The notes: generated by a model not told the origin, from the letters alone. Shown: positions 33,955 through 44,739, counted from the stretch's first letter. The stretch: DNA of 64,000 nt from a virus (IMGVR_UViG_3300037454_000542:1-64000), one strand, 5' to 3'. Translations and numbers: made by a program.

Positions 33955-36900
33955 TTAGATCGCAATTTTTTGAGCCGACTTGCGATAGCCGGAACGAATC
34001 ATTCCTGTATCAAACTCGCGTTTGATTTGAGTAACGGCCTGCTGCACAATCTGGTTGAGACCAGGAAGCGCATCTTTGGTAACGGTGTCACAGTTGATAT
34101 TGATGAGAGGGGCGTTGAAAGCGTTGCTTGCTGCCGTAACAAGGTTAGGCAGAGTTCTGTTCATGAACCGATTCATCATTGCCGGGGTGGAAACGAACTC
34201 ACCTTTGAGAAGTTTCGCAAATTCTTCGGTGGATTTAAGAGTTGTGTTTCCAACTATTCCGCCAGAATGGTGGGTCGCTATCCTTCTCCCCCCGCCGCTA
34301 TACGTGTGACCACTTGAAGACTTGTATTCTTCGTGATAATACCGATCGCCAGAGCTGCCGCTCTTACCGCTCAAAAACTCTTTAAGCCGACTGACTGACG
34401 ACGTCACAAAATTCTTGATACTTTGGTCGGGCAGTATGCTGCTTATAACGTCTACGAGATTGGAACCAATCGTGAGGACGGGGGCTATTGCGGTATTGAT
34501 GGCACTTATTGCAGCATTGCTTGCTTCGCTTGCAGCCTTGCTAGCACTATTCTCTGCTAAGTCGGTTTGATCTCTTTCTACAAGTTGTTCCATTGCTTCG
34601 TAGCTTACCCTGACTTTCTCGGTCAAATCCAGTATATTTTGAGAAACTACACCGAGGCTTGAGGCGCCTGATAGTTCGGAAATCCTGTCCTCAATCGCGT
34701 CAAGCTTGCCATCAATCAACTTCTTATACTCTTCGTATTGCTCATCGAGCTCGTTTGTAACAACATCTATAGCGTGCTCAAGGGTGAAGTCATCAAGCTC
34801 TTCTTGTGCTTCCTTCAGCTCTTTTTCCAACTGGCGCGTTTTTGCGCGACCCGCGGCGGAAGTGTCGAGCTGGGAAACCGCAAGTTTCGTTTGAAGCGAA
34901 GCGACATTTGACTCTTTTTTGGCCAGTTCTTTCTTGTAATCGAGCTCTTCCTTGTATTGTTTAAGCAAGTCTTTGCGCAAATCAATGAGCTCTTTATAGG
35001 CGTTGAGTTGATCCTTCAGGAGATCTTTTTCGTCCTCGTATGCTTTCTTCTGCGCCTCGGCGGCTTTCTTTGCCTGATCCGTAGAAAGTGCGAGCATTGA
35101 CAGTGCGACCCTCAAGTTTTTGAGGTTCTCGATGGCGATTTGCTTGGTTTCAAGAGACATGTCTTGAAGTTTAGACACCTGCCCGTAAGTCTCGACAAGT
35201 CCGCCGATATAATCTTGCATCGCTTCTTCGTCAAGCTCAAAACCATCAGCGGTCTGGATCAGATATTGATCGAGCCCTTGCTTAATCATATCGTTAAATG
35301 TTTTAACGGTGATTGCGCCGTGCTCGTTCATATCATCCATAGAAGAGGCTATGGCATCATACGCGTCTTCAATTTCGCCAAGAATGTCTTTAACTTCGTA
35401 TGACTCTAAAACAAACTCTTTAGTACCTTCCGGCTCTTTCGGCGTGGGAGTCCATGAATCAAGCTCGTCAAGCTTGTTCTTGGCGTCCATGTAGTTTGTG
35501 TACAGGTCTTTATATGTATTGAGAAATTCTGTGACATTATTGTATTGCTTCCGCCAGCTAGCCGTCTTTTGTATTACGTCCCCTGGGACCATGCCGTCAT
35601 CGTTGATGTATTCAGAAAGGAGACTGCTACCCCAGACGTAATCTTTTGCGACGTCTTCCGTTGCTCCGTAAGTTGCGACATAATCGAGATCTTCTTTATA
35701 CCTGAGAAATTCCTTGTAAAGATCTACGAAGTCATCTGATGGGGCGAAACGAGTAAGGCTGAGGTAAGCTGGGGTTTTATAGGTTATAGTAGTGCTATTT
35801 ATAGCCTCTTTTGCAGCAACTAATGCCGACTCGGCTTCTTTCCTGGCTTTTTTAGCTTCTTCTTCAGTAATATTCTGCAGGATACCAAGCTGTTCTTCCA
35901 GCTTGCCATTGACAACATCGATTTGTTTGCCATGATCGCCAACTAGCTCAACGATTCGCTTTTGTATGTCTTCGATTTCGTCCATCGGGGCGTCTTCTTG
36001 ACCACCAAGCTCCTTGTACTTCTCGATCAAGGTTGCCAACTCATCAGCGTTATTTTTGTAATCGTCGGCAAGGCTCAAGCTTTCTCTTGATTCTTCCTTT
36101 AATCTGTCAAGGAGTTCCTGGTGTTTTTGCGCGAGGCGTTCTTCGTTCTGCCTAATATCGTTAACAGCTGCCGAAATAGCAGCAGTAATAATAGCTATTG
36201 CCGCAATGACGATTCCAACAACTCCGCCAGACGAGGTTGAGAAGACCTTCTTTAGAGTTTGACCGAAATTCATGCCGGCAGCCCGAGCCGATTGGAATGA
36301 CCGGATCATGATTTTAATATGCTTTACCATGCTGAGTATGCTCTTTGCAATCGCAGCTCTCTTTATCCAGACTATTAAAAGGACAATTTGCGCAAGGGTG
36401 CCTTTAGCGCCAAGCAAGTTGTTAGACACTTTGATAATGCCATTAGCTATATTTATAATCGCTTTAAGTAAATCGACAGCCTCTGCAACCAAATCGCTAC
36501 TCAATATGTTCATCGACAGCTCGGCAAATGTGGTTTTAAGCTGATTAACCTTGCCCTGAATGCTATTTGTGTATTTATCCAGCGCTTCCGTAGATGTGCC
36601 GGCTGAATCCATTGCAGATGCGAATGCGCCGGCGGCATCTCCCCAGTTGCTAAGAATGGAATATATGACGCTGGCCTGTTTCGTGCCGCCCAAGATTTCG
36701 GCAATTCGCGAAAGGCTTGTTTCATCAAGCTCTCCGGCCACTTTGCCAATGCCCTCAAAGATTTCATATAGATTCTTGAACTGCGTGTCAGAACCCTCGA
36801 CCATGATGTTGAAACCGGAAAGCTTCTTGATTTCCCTGGCATACTTAGACCAAGCCCCTATAAGATCATCCGTATCATCTTGGAGCTCTTTTAGGTCGAC

Positions 36901-39900
36901 AGTAGATTTGCGTATGCGCGCAGACACGGTTTTTAGGGCGGTTCCCACAACGCTGGCGTCCTGAACAGCAGCGTTGGCGGCCGCAATCAAACCCGCCGAT
37001 TCTTCAAAGCTCGTATTGGAAGCGTTTAATGCTGCGCCGGCTTTCTTATAAGCCTCCATTAACTCTGACGCCGAAACCGCATACTTCTGTCCAACTGAAA
37101 TCAAAACGTCAGCAACATGTTCCGCGTTATCGGGATCAAAGCCATAGCCTTTAATAATCGAAGTCAAACCCTTGGTTGCTTCGTCCGAAGACACCGCTGC
37201 AACTTTAGACAAAATATTTGCATACTTCGCCAGTTCGGTAGCATCTTCCATTCCGTAACCAAGCCTCGAGAACGTCTCGACGGATTTCAGCACATCCGAA
37301 ATGGTTGCGCCGAGTTCTTTGGCGAGCTTCGTGGAGTTGGTTAAGAACTTGGTCATCTGAGCGTCGGTTGCGCCGGTGACAATCTTTAGCTGCGTCATGG
37401 CGGTATCAATATCTACAACGTTCGTGTAGACTTGCCGTATCGCCATCGTGATTTTGCCGATTATCATGCCAGACAAAATAGAACGCAGTCTCGATCCAAA
37501 GTTCTTCTTTAGCCTCTGGAACCAAGTTTGCGAGTCAAGGTCGTTCTTGATTATATAGTTATTCGCTTCTTTCATCGCGCGAACAACTTCCTGGTAGTTA
37601 GATGGGTCTGCGTTCTTCGCGAGATCATTAACACGTTTGAGTAATTGGACAGCCGTAGGATCCTTAGCGGCCTTAGTGTCCATCATCTCTTTATAATAGT
37701 CGCGAGCTCTTCGCTGAAGTTTGGAGTACAACGCGGCAGCGTTTTCTTCCATGTCCTTGAAGCTATTCATATTCTTCAGCTTAACAGTGTTTATCTCGGC
37801 TAGTATATCATTAGCTAACGCTTTTGCCTCGCCAGAGGCATTGTCTCTAAATAGGACTAGCCTTGCTTCAATATCAGAGGTGGCGCGCTCTGCTTCGCTA
37901 TATAGCTGAGCCATTTCTTGCCGTTCTTCACTGAATTGAAGTTTACCGTCAGACCCCATCCAGACCGCCGTGTTGTCCCGCAGCCCGAGGCGAGCAACAC
38001 TTTGAATAACGCTGGCATACTTGCGATAATCGCTCAAATAATCATTCAGTTCGGCCCTTTGCTTCGAGAAGATGTCGGCGTCAAAGGCTTCTTGCTCTTT
38101 GGTTTTAATATTATCTAGAGCAACGCCAACACGCTGCATGACGTTTTGCGTCTCGAGGTCTGCACGATCCATTCCTTCGACGATGCCGTTGAATGCTTCC
38201 GCAACCTCTGGCCTCATCGACTGGGCGGTTTGGGCTACCGCGCTAATGGTCTGCCTCAAATTCTGCGCGGATGCTTGTGCTCTGTTGAAGTTGTCCTCTA
38301 GCGCGCTTCGCGTCGAGTCGAATTGCAGCCCGCCGTTTGCCAGCAACGAAACACCAGAACCAGTCTTGCCGGCCTCGGCATATGCGCTACGTATTATATT
38401 TTGCGCAGTTTTATATTCGCTGAGAACGCTATTGAGCTCAGAAATCGCCTGCTTGGCGTCCGCGGCTTCGGACTTGAGCATCTCGCTCAAATGTTGTTGA
38501 GACATTTTGTCCCATCTTTTTACCAGCGAGAGTTCCGTGCGATCTATAACGTTCTGTGTTTCGAGGTCAGCTTTCGCTATGCCAGTTTGTAGGGTTTGGA
38601 AAGCGCCGCTAAGCGCGCCTTGTGTCACTTCGCCTTGTTGGGCGAGTTGCGCCATCTTCTCTTTTACCGACTGTATTTTCGCCGCGGCTTCATCGTATTG
38701 CTGCTTCGCGGCCTCGCGAGCGTCGCTAAACATTAGGTTGCCGTCTAGCCCGTAAGTAATACCGGAGCCCTCTTGCGCGGCTTCTTTATAGAAGGTGCGC
38801 ATTGTGCGCTGGGCTTCCTTATACTCCTTGAGCATATTGGTGAAGTCTTTGGGGGTCCACGGGTTATTAGGACCACCGGGGCCGCCACCTCCAAAGATGC
38901 CGCCGCCTCCGCCGCCACCTACTTTTTGCACTGCTCCGAGAGCTTCTGCGACGGAGTTTAATGCGTTAGCAAGCTCCACAAGCCCCTGAGCGTTTCCTTT
39001 TGTGATTTTTATGTTGTTGAGGTTCGAAAAATCTATTCCTGCGAGCTTTGCCAGTTTATTGGCATTGACTTCGGCTATTTGCGGCAGATATGTAGCTAGG
39101 TTCTCGTAAGAGGCTTTGCTTATGTGAAGTGCATTAAACTTTGCTGTGTCAAACGTTATTGACTTAGTGTCTATTTTGCTTAACTGTGTGGCAAGGTTGA
39201 TGATATTTTTTACTGACCCTTCACCAAAATGACCTTTGGCAAGCAGGGCGATGCTCTCTATAGATTGCGCGACGTAATACAGCCTTTTGTCATCAATATT
39301 GCCATATTCACTTAATGCGTGGAATAAGTTTATTACCGGCTCGGATGCGGCCTGCGCGTCTGAACCCATGTCATTAAGCGCGTTTTGAATACCGACAAGT
39401 GCGCCGGTTACCTTTTGTGCTTCGTTATCGGCCGATTCTCCAAGCTTCGTCACGCCTTCCGGCGCGTGATCCATCTGCGCTATAATCGTATCAAGCTTGT
39501 CCGAAAGGGTGGTCAACGAGGCAAGAACGCCTTGAAGCGCTTGATTATCAGCGCCGCCTTGTCCACCTCCGAAAAACTCGGGGTGCTCCGTCTTTATTTT
39601 AGTGATCGCCATGTTTGCTGTCATGGCGCCTTCTCGGACGGCCTTGAACTCATCAGCAAATCTAAGTTCACCCGATTCAAATGCGTTTGCAACATTGCTT
39701 GACCGCAAAAAGGCGGTCAACTCAGCTGCAGCCGCTCTTGCAGTCAATTTGAACTTCTCGAGCTGATTGTTGAGCCCTTTGATGTATCCATTGTCCTTTA
39801 GGTTGCTATTCTCTTCTTCTAGTCTCCTTACCTCTGCTTCTAACTCCACAATTTTATCGGCGGCCTCTTCACAAGATTCTTTAAGTTTTTGGAATTTAAG

Positions 39901-39987
39901 CTGTAAGTTTTCTAACTGTGTGTCAGTATTTTTATTATTGAAACTCGCAGATACGTCAATCTTTATGCCTTGAGTGATTTCGTCCAT
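33955..39987 (-). CDS. Tape measure protein (2010 aa)
   Basis: Helical Ala/Lys/Glu-rich; DTAMTQLKIVT..FSRLGY..VGTALKTVSARI TP901-like core; C-terminal HSGG. Confidence 0.92.
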   Translation of the reverse strand: MDEITQGIKIDVSASFNNKNTDTQLENLQLKFQKLKESCEEAADKIVELEAEVRRLEEENSNLKDNGYIKGLNNQLEKFKLTARAAAAELTAFLRSSNVANAFESGELRFADEFKAVREGAMTANMAITKIKTEHPEFFGGGQGGADNQALQGVLASLTTLSDKLDTIIAQMDHAPEGVTKLGESADNEAQKVTGALVGIQNALNDMGSDAQAASEPVINLFHALSEYGNIDDKRLYYVAQSIESIALLAKGHFGEGSVKNIINLATQLSKIDTKSITFDTAKFNALHISKASYENLATYLPQIAEVNANKLAKLAGIDFSNLNNIKITKGNAQGLVELANALNSVAEALGAVQKVGGGGGGGIFGGGGPGGPNNPWTPKDFTNMLKEYKEAQRTMRTFYKEAAQEGSGITYGLDGNLMFSDAREAAKQQYDEAAAKIQSVKEKMAQLAQQGEVTQGALSGAFQTLQTGIAKADLETQNVIDRTELSLVKRWDKMSQQHLSEMLKSEAADAKQAISELNSVLSEYKTAQNIIRSAYAEAGKTGSGVSLLANGGLQFDSTRSALEDNFNRAQASAQNLRQTISAVAQTAQSMRPEVAEAFNGIVEGMDRADLETQNVMQRVGVALDNIKTKEQEAFDADIFSKQRAELNDYLSDYRKYASVIQSVARLGLRDNTAVWMGSDGKLQFSEERQEMAQLYSEAERATSDIEARLVLFRDNASGEAKALANDILAEINTVKLKNMNSFKDMEENAAALYSKLQRRARDYYKEMMDTKAAKDPTAVQLLKRVNDLAKNADPSNYQEVVRAMKEANNYIIKNDLDSQTWFQRLKKNFGSRLRSILSGMIIGKITMAIRQVYTNVVDIDTAMTQLKIVTGATDAQMTKFLTNSTKLAKELGATISDVLKSVETFSRLGYGMEDATELAKYANILSKVAAVSSDEATKGLTSIIKGYGFDPDNAEHVADVLISVGQKYAVSASELMEAYKKAGAALNASNTSFEESAGLIAAANAAVQDASVVGTALKTVSARIRKSTVDLKELQDDTDDLIGAWSKYAREIKKLSGFNIMVEGSDTQFKNLYEIFEGIGKVAGELDETSLSRIAEILGGTKQASVIYSILSNWGDAAGAFASAMDSAGTSTEALDKYTNSIQGKVNQLKTTFAELSMNILSSDLVAEAVDLLKAIINIANGIIKVSNNLLGAKGTLAQIVLLIVWIKRAAIAKSILSMVKHIKIMIRSFQSARAAGMNFGQTLKKVFSTSSGGVVGIVIAAIAIITAAISAAVNDIRQNEERLAQKHQELLDRLKEESRESLSLADDYKNNADELATLIEKYKELGGQEDAPMDEIEDIQKRIVELVGDHGKQIDVVNGKLEEQLGILQNITEEEAKKARKEAESALVAAKEAINSTTITYKTPAYLSLTRFAPSDDFVDLYKEFLRYKEDLDYVATYGATEDVAKDYVWGSSLLSEYINDDGMVPGDVIQKTASWRKQYNNVTEFLNTYKDLYTNYMDAKNKLDELDSWTPTPKEPEGTKEFVLESYEVKDILGEIEDAYDAIASSMDDMNEHGAITVKTFNDMIKQGLDQYLIQTADGFELDEEAMQDYIGGLVETYGQVSKLQDMSLETKQIAIENLKNLRVALSMLALSTDQAKKAAEAQKKAYEDEKDLLKDQLNAYKELIDLRKDLLKQYKEELDYKKELAKKESNVASLQTKLAVSQLDTSAAGRAKTRQLEKELKEAQEELDDFTLEHAIDVVTNELDEQYEEYKKLIDGKLDAIEDRISELSGASSLGVVSQNILDLTEKVRVSYEAMEQLVERDQTDLAENSASKAASEASNAAISAINTAIAPVLTIGSNLVDVISSILPDQSIKNFVTSSVSRLKEFLSGKSGSSGDRYYHEEYKSSSGHTYSGGGRRIATHHSGGIVGNTTLKSTEEFAKLLKGEFVSTPAMMNRFMNRTLPNLVTAASNAFNAPLININCDTVTKDALPGLNQIVQQAVTQIKREFDTGMIRSGYRKSAQKIAI

Positions 39988-39999
39988 AGTGCACCCCCT

Positions 40000-40701
40000 T
40001 TAACCATATATTTCTTTTGATATTTTATCTACGTCTTTTTGTATAAGCACTACCTCTTCTTGCCATATACGATTAACGATTTCTCTAAAAGTCCGTATCA
40101 TTTCGTCGTTCTCTCCAAATAAGCTGTCTCTAAACATCTTGTATGGAGCATCTGATTGCTTGGCCGGCTTGCTCTTAGGGAACCATCTGCCAAAACCGTG
40201 CCATTCTGCTTTCCCTGATTTCGAACGCCTGATTTTTCCTGGCCTTCTATAGTATGGCGTGCCCGGATTTGGGTGAACTCCCCATATTTCGGCCTTGTCG
40301 GGGTCTATATATTTCGAACCGCCATGCCATCCTTCCATGAAAACGGTATCGAAAAGGCTGTCGCCGCCGTGTCTGTCTTTATGTATCTGTGTCGGGTCTA
40401 TTAAATCCATAACGCACCCGAACTGCGCCGTGCCGTTTTCGTCTTGCTGAATACTAAGCAAATTATAGAGGCTGAGGGTTCTTGGATAGCTCTTTGGCGC
40501 ATAGGCATTATAGAATCGAGATACTGCGTTATTGAACATTTCCGTTATTTTCGACCTTTGATATTCGCCAATTTCTTTATACATTTGCGGCACAGTTTTA
40601 TTAACATGCTTTTGAAACATCGCCAATACTTTTTCTTGCCATTGCTTGTTCTTTTCTCTCAGCTTTTTGATTTTTGCGATAGCATCATCAATCGTGTCCA
40701 T
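40000..40701 (-). CDS. Hypothetical tail-region protein (start approximate)
   Basis: FYNAY.PKSY.RT..L motif; RBS GGGGTG. Confidence 0.6.
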   Translation of the reverse strand: MDTIDDAIAKIKKLREKNKQWQEKVLAMFQKHVNKTVPQMYKEIGEYQRSKITEMFNNAVSRFYNAYAPKSYPRTLSLYNLLSIQQDENGTAQFGCVMDLIDPTQIHKDRHGGDSLFDTVFMEGWHGGSKYIDPDKAEIWGVHPNPGTPYYRRPGKIRRSKSGKAEWHGFGRWFPKSKPAKQSDAPYKMFRDSLFGENDEMIRTFREIVNRIWQEEVVLIQKDVDKISKEIYG

Positions 40702-41092
40702 TTGCATCACCCCGCATACCGACATACATATAAATGGAATCCATTAAATCGCGGAGTTGTTCTGCGTGTATGTTTTGAACAATTTGCTCATACAAGTCAG
40801 TGCAAAGAATGAGATCATATAAAGCCTGCGCTTCTTTCGGCAAATCGATAAACGCATATGTTCCAATTATATTTGCGCGAATGGCGAATATAACCGCTTC
40901 GTAAACGATATTGCCATCGGGATCCTCTACGCTCTTTATTATATTTCGAATTAAAGTCAAATACTCCTGCAAAGGAAGCCGCTCTTTAATCGTTATTGTC
41001 TGCCCGCGCCAAGTAATGTCTTTGGTTTTACGCGCCGGTATCGCCGCGGCTTTCATTAAATCTTCTTCTGATAAAGTGTGTATTGCGCTCAT
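40688..41092 (-). CDS. Hypothetical protein, possible tail assembly chaperone
   Basis: RBS GGAGG; weak resemblance to 41487..42110. Confidence 0.55.
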   Translation of the reverse strand: MSAIHTLSEEDLMKAAAIPARKTKDITWRGQTITIKERLPLQEYLTLIRNIIKSVEDPDGNIVYEAVIFAIRANIIGTYAFIDLPKEAQALYDLILCTDLYEQIVQNIHAEQLRDLMDSIYMYVGMRGDANGHD

Positions 41093-41110
41093 AGCGGCCT
41101 CCTTTCTCCG

Positions 41111-41449
41111 TTATACGATAGTCCAGCCTTGCATTTCTTCCCAGATTTTATCTACAAATGAGTTTCCGCCCATGTGCTTATAAGCGGCATATACTTTAGC
41201 CATATTTTCATATTCGTACTGATTGATCTGTTTCTCTTGATTGTGCAGATAATAAAACTGCGTCATAATGTTGCGCAGAGAGCAACGCGATGCTTCGTCG
41301 CGATTGTTTTCTCTCTCGTCTTCTTCTTTTTTGCGATTTTGCAGATTCAAAAACCAGGTACGAAACGGTTTAATGCACAGAAGTAAAAGTGTGATTATAG
41401 TGGTTACACCTTGTGCGACCTTAATAAGTACGTCCCAAAAAACGCCCAT
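41111..41449 (-). CDS. Single-TM membrane protein (YxxxGGN family, often annotated holin-like)
   Basis: N-terminal TM; LRN.M..FY; YKHMGGNS. Confidence 0.6.
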   Translation of the reverse strand: MGVFWDVLIKVAQGVTTIITLLLLCIKPFRTWFLNLQNRKKEEDERENNRDEASRCSLRNIMTQFYYLHNQEKQINQYEYENMAKVYAAYKHMGGNSFVDKIWEEMQGWTIV

Positions 41450-41486
41450 AGTTGTCCTCCTTCAGACCGCACAAGGCGATCTTGCA

Positions 41487-42110
41487 TTATTTATCTTTTT
41501 CCATTTCTTCCTGATAAGCGCGGTTTAATTCTTCTTTCAGCCCCGGGAAGCTTTCTCCGATAAAGTTGAGGAGATCACCCGGATTCACGCCATCGATTTT
41601 GTCGCCCAGTGTGCGTGCAAGCTTCTCTACCGCGTCCAGCACGCCCTGAAGCCGGCTCGCCTTCAGAACGACGTCTTTGCGGTATTCGAGAGCTTTGTCA
41701 ATTTCTTCCATCAGGTCATACCAGAACGTGCTGTTGTTGACGGCTTGCTCGATCTTTTCCATAATGTCGGTCTGCCTGAACAGAAGCTCAATGCCTCTCA
41801 ACACGTCGGCCGCCTCGTCGCCATTCTGAGCATCGTCAAGGACGATGTTTGTAAAGTATGCAATGTAGTTGTAGTATCTTGCGAAGGTCTCAAAGTAGGG
41901 GCGGTATTCAATACGCCCATCTTCGTCCTCCGCGAAACACATATTTACAATGCTGCTAATCATGCGGCTTCTTTCAGATATGCTGAGCCATCTTTTTACG
42001 CCGATCTCGACCGGCCTTTTATCTCCGTTAATAACTGCGGTTGTCCATTGATCGCCGTAGTCAATTTCTTTTTCGATGTCACTCAAAGCGATTTCTTTGA
42101 TTTCACTCAT
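41487..42110 (-). CDS. Hypothetical protein (start MSEIKE at 42110)
   Basis: RBS; overlaps the RusA stop. Confidence 0.65.
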   Translation of the reverse strand: MSEIKEIALSDIEKEIDYGDQWTTAVINGDKRPVEIGVKRWLSISERSRMISSIVNMCFAEDEDGRIEYRPYFETFARYYNYIAYFTNIVLDDAQNGDEAADVLRGIELLFRQTDIMEKIEQAVNNSTFWYDLMEEIDKALEYRKDVVLKASRLQGVLDAVEKLARTLGDKIDGVNPGDLLNFIGESFPGLKEELNRAYQEEMEKDK

Positions 42111-42681
42111 GTCCTTTTTCTCCTTTAACACTGTATTTTTTGCACACGCATCCATCTGTTTCTTCTTGAACACGTCCTTCTTTTGCTTTTCGCAAAATAC
42201 TGCAATTTCGCGAATAACGCGAGCATTGTCGGCATTTATCTTCGAACTCTTTCAGAGTTTCTTCATCTTTGAAAATACCGACGTAGTCGACAGGGTGTAT
42301 TGTTAACTCGATACGAGGGTTTTGCGCATCGTAGTATATTGCCTGTACACGCTCACACGCTACGTTATCATCGATCCAAATTACTTTTGAATCTGTGATA
42401 GAGTCTAAAAGTATTTTGAGATGGTTGTTCGGATCTAAATCAAGCCGCGGAAAATAGAAAACAGCATCAATATAAAAATGTTGCCATTCGTTTGGCGTAA
42501 GATCCCACCCTTGCTTAGCCGCCTCATCCTTGACATATTGCGTAAAATATTTCTTATAGGCCTTTGCTTCTTTAGTGCAATAACTCATCGCCCTCGGCTT
42601 CCCGTCTTGAAAAACGCAGCGATACGATAAATAATGATTGACAGACGGAGGTATGCTGCTCGTTAACTTCAAACTACGCAT
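42103..42681 (-). CDS. rusA: RusA-family Holliday junction resolvase with C-terminal Cys cluster
   Basis: PPSVNHY; DLDPNNHLKILLDS; WIDDN; NPRIEL. Confidence 0.85.
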   Translation of the reverse strand: MRSLKLTSSIPPSVNHYLSYRCVFQDGKPRAMSYCTKEAKAYKKYFTQYVKDEAAKQGWDLTPNEWQHFYIDAVFYFPRLDLDPNNHLKILLDSITDSKVIWIDDNVACERVQAIYYDAQNPRIELTIHPVDYVGIFKDEETLKEFEDKCRQCSRYSRNCSILRKAKEGRVQEETDGCVCKKYSVKGEKGHE

Positions 42682-42788
42682 ATACAAAATGAAACCCCCG
42701 CATGTTTTTTCGGGAAACCGGCAAACCAAAGAGATTCTCGCTTGATCGAGTCCCAACCAAATTTTGTCGTTTCATTTCAATCACCGTC

Positions 42789-42821
42789 AAAAAAAGGGGC
42801 CGTGCTTAAAGCAACAGCCCC
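42789..42821 (-). terminator. Rho-independent terminator after the major tail gene
   Basis: GGGGC..GCCCC stem followed by T7 on the - strand. Confidence 0.8.
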
Positions 42822-42859
42822 ACTTTCGTTATCCTGTTGAACTAAGCTTATTACACTAA

Positions 42860-43402
42860 TTAGGTGTGATCCGCCTTGGTGATGGTCAGGACTTTGCCGT
42901 TAGCATCTTCGAGCAGGTCGAACACGACGTCAACACTCACGGGATCGCCTTCGCCATTGTAGGAAATGTTGAAAGCGCGTTGAGGGCTGGCCTTGTGGAA
43001 GGTCAGGTTCTCGTCGTATGTATTGCCATCGGCATCCTGCCACACGGTCTCCGCAGTGATGATGTAGTATTTGGGCATCGCGTTCGGAGTGTTCTCAAAC
43101 GTAACCGTGGTAGTGCCAGAGCCGGCAGTTCCACCCGCCATCATATTGAGCAGTTCCATGGTAAGAATCTGCGTAGACAGAGTGAACGTTCCCTGGATGG
43201 GGTCGTTGAACCCAATCTTATTGCTGTGAGCCTGGCCACCGGTCGCCCAAGTGCGCTCGCCGCTAATATCAATATCGCTGACGTTGGCAAAATCGATTGT
43301 CATGAGCGCAGTGCTCATGGAGGTGTCGGAACCGGCATAGATTTTTACATTAAGTCCATACCTATTCGCAAATTGAGTAGTCGTAGTAAGATTACTAGCC
43401 AT
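42860..43402 (-). CDS. Major tail (tube) protein
   Basis: Beta-rich, DFANVS..ATGG..GEGDP..FDLL; strongly biased codons; followed by a terminator. Confidence 0.75.
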   Translation of the reverse strand: MASNLTTTTQFANRYGLNVKIYAGSDTSMSTALMTIDFANVSDIDISGERTWATGGQAHSNKIGFNDPIQGTFTLSTQILTMELLNMMAGGTAGSGTTTVTFENTPNAMPKYYIITAETVWQDADGNTYDENLTFHKASPQRAFNISYNGEGDPVSVDVVFDLLEDANGKVLTITKADHT

Positions 43403-43418
43403 TTTGCCTATCTCCTTT

Positions 43419-44201
43419 TCAAATGTTTTTAGAAATCGGCTTTAACCAGTCGTTAAAATTAAACTCGTCTCCGCCGTGATTGCTGAAAATGCGCTCGCTC
43501 AATTGTATAGAACGCATATAACCGAATTGAAAGAAAGTGTCGTAGAGCTGAAAAATAGTTAGATCGCCAATGTTTAACAGGTTGTACGAAGGGTGTGAGG
43601 CGCATATTTTTGAGACAATGTTGCTCAAATGGTATTCCGGCTTGTCCTCGCCAGACTCTTTCTCAGCTTGCTGTTTTAAGAACTGTTGTGCTTTTTCCCA
43701 CAGCCGTTTGGACTCCTCGCTGGAGTACTTCGTTACCACTGTGTCTTTGTCGAGGTTGACGTAGTTCAGTTGAAGCATCATCCCTCGCACTTCCTCAAAA
43801 TTCGACCGATTGATCTCTCCAGAGACGTGTTGCCCGTCATCATCGGTAAGTGTTGCAACGAATTTCCTGTTTTCCTCGTCCCATACCAAATCTTCCATCA
43901 TAAAGAACGACATAACCTCGGCGCAGAGCTCGCGGCTCGGCTTCAACAGCGTAACCATATCGAATACGCTGAGCACTTCTTCTTTCTCGGCTAGTTTATC
44001 TACGCCGCGAAATTGAAACAGCCTGTCATACTTTAACAGCATCTCTTTGTCCCAAGAGAGGAAGGCCCGGTATAAGTTATACCCTGTGTATCCAATCCCA
44101 GAGAGGGGATAAATCTCTTTGAGGTGTGGCGAGCGCAAATGCCCGACGCCCTCAACGAATACCGGTTCGCCCGATAAGAGGTCAAAATATTCAAATATCA
44201 C
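43419..44201 (-). CDS. Conserved neck/tail-region protein
   Basis: LLSGEP..P.LKEI; LTIFQLYD.F; position. Confidence 0.6.
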   Translation of the reverse strand: MIFEYFDLLSGEPVFVEGVGHLRSPHLKEIYPLSGIGYTGYNLYRAFLSWDKEMLLKYDRLFQFRGVDKLAEKEEVLSVFDMVTLLKPSRELCAEVMSFFMMEDLVWDEENRKFVATLTDDDGQHVSGEINRSNFEEVRGMMLQLNYVNLDKDTVVTKYSSEESKRLWEKAQQFLKQQAEKESGEDKPEYHLSNIVSKICASHPSYNLLNIGDLTIFQLYDTFFQFGYMRSIQLSERIFSNHGGDEFNFNDWLKPISKNI

Positions 44202-44214
44202 TTTGATACCCCCG

Positions 44215-44739
44215 TTACGGCGTTGTATTCTTAGAGACCCCGTTATCTCTGAAGTCAGATACTTTATATGTTAACTCACGCGTGGTGAATCCCGCGGGAG
44301 AGGGAACAGTTCTGATTGTCACAAGGGAAAGTCTTCCCAAGCCTACAAAGGGAAATTTGTCTAAGACAAGGTCAATCGCGCGTACGAGGTTGTCGCGCCG
44401 ATTTCCCATCGTCCCTTTGCATTTGCGCGGGTCAAGCTTCATATACTCCTTATGACATATAACAGTCACGTACAGACGAAAGTCTTGCATCGTGGTCGTG
44501 TTATTTTTGTTTAGCTCTGCTTCGACGCAGATATAAGCCTTGGATTCTGCGCTCGTGTTGTCAACGTACAAATAATCGTAAAGATATTTGTCAAACACAG
44601 AATCGGCCTCATCGCTGTCCATGTCGACTTCCCAGTCGTCAAGCAGCAGGGACACTACGTCTTTGTCTGTGCCGATTGCTCGCAGAACTTTTGCGGGATA
44701 CTCCACCAGTTCGTCTAAGTATGTCTTAGCCAACTCCAA
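44215..44739 (-). CDS. Putative tail terminator/completion protein
   Basis: YICVE, VICHK, RRD.L..ID..L, GLGRL; position. Confidence 0.55.
   Translation of the reverse strand: MELAKTYLDELVEYPAKVLRAIGTDKDVVSLLLDDWEVDMDSDEADSVFDKYLYDYLYVDNTSAESKAYICVEAELNKNNTTTMQDFRLYVTVICHKEYMKLDPRKCKGTMGNRRDNLVRAIDLVLDKFPFVGLGRLSLVTIRTVPSPAGFTTRELTYKVSDFRDNGVSKNTTP

Noticed and set aside
40000-44201. Programmed -1 frameshift tail chaperone pair
   Set aside because: I could not identify a slippery site with a matching overlapping frame, and each ORF has its own RBS.
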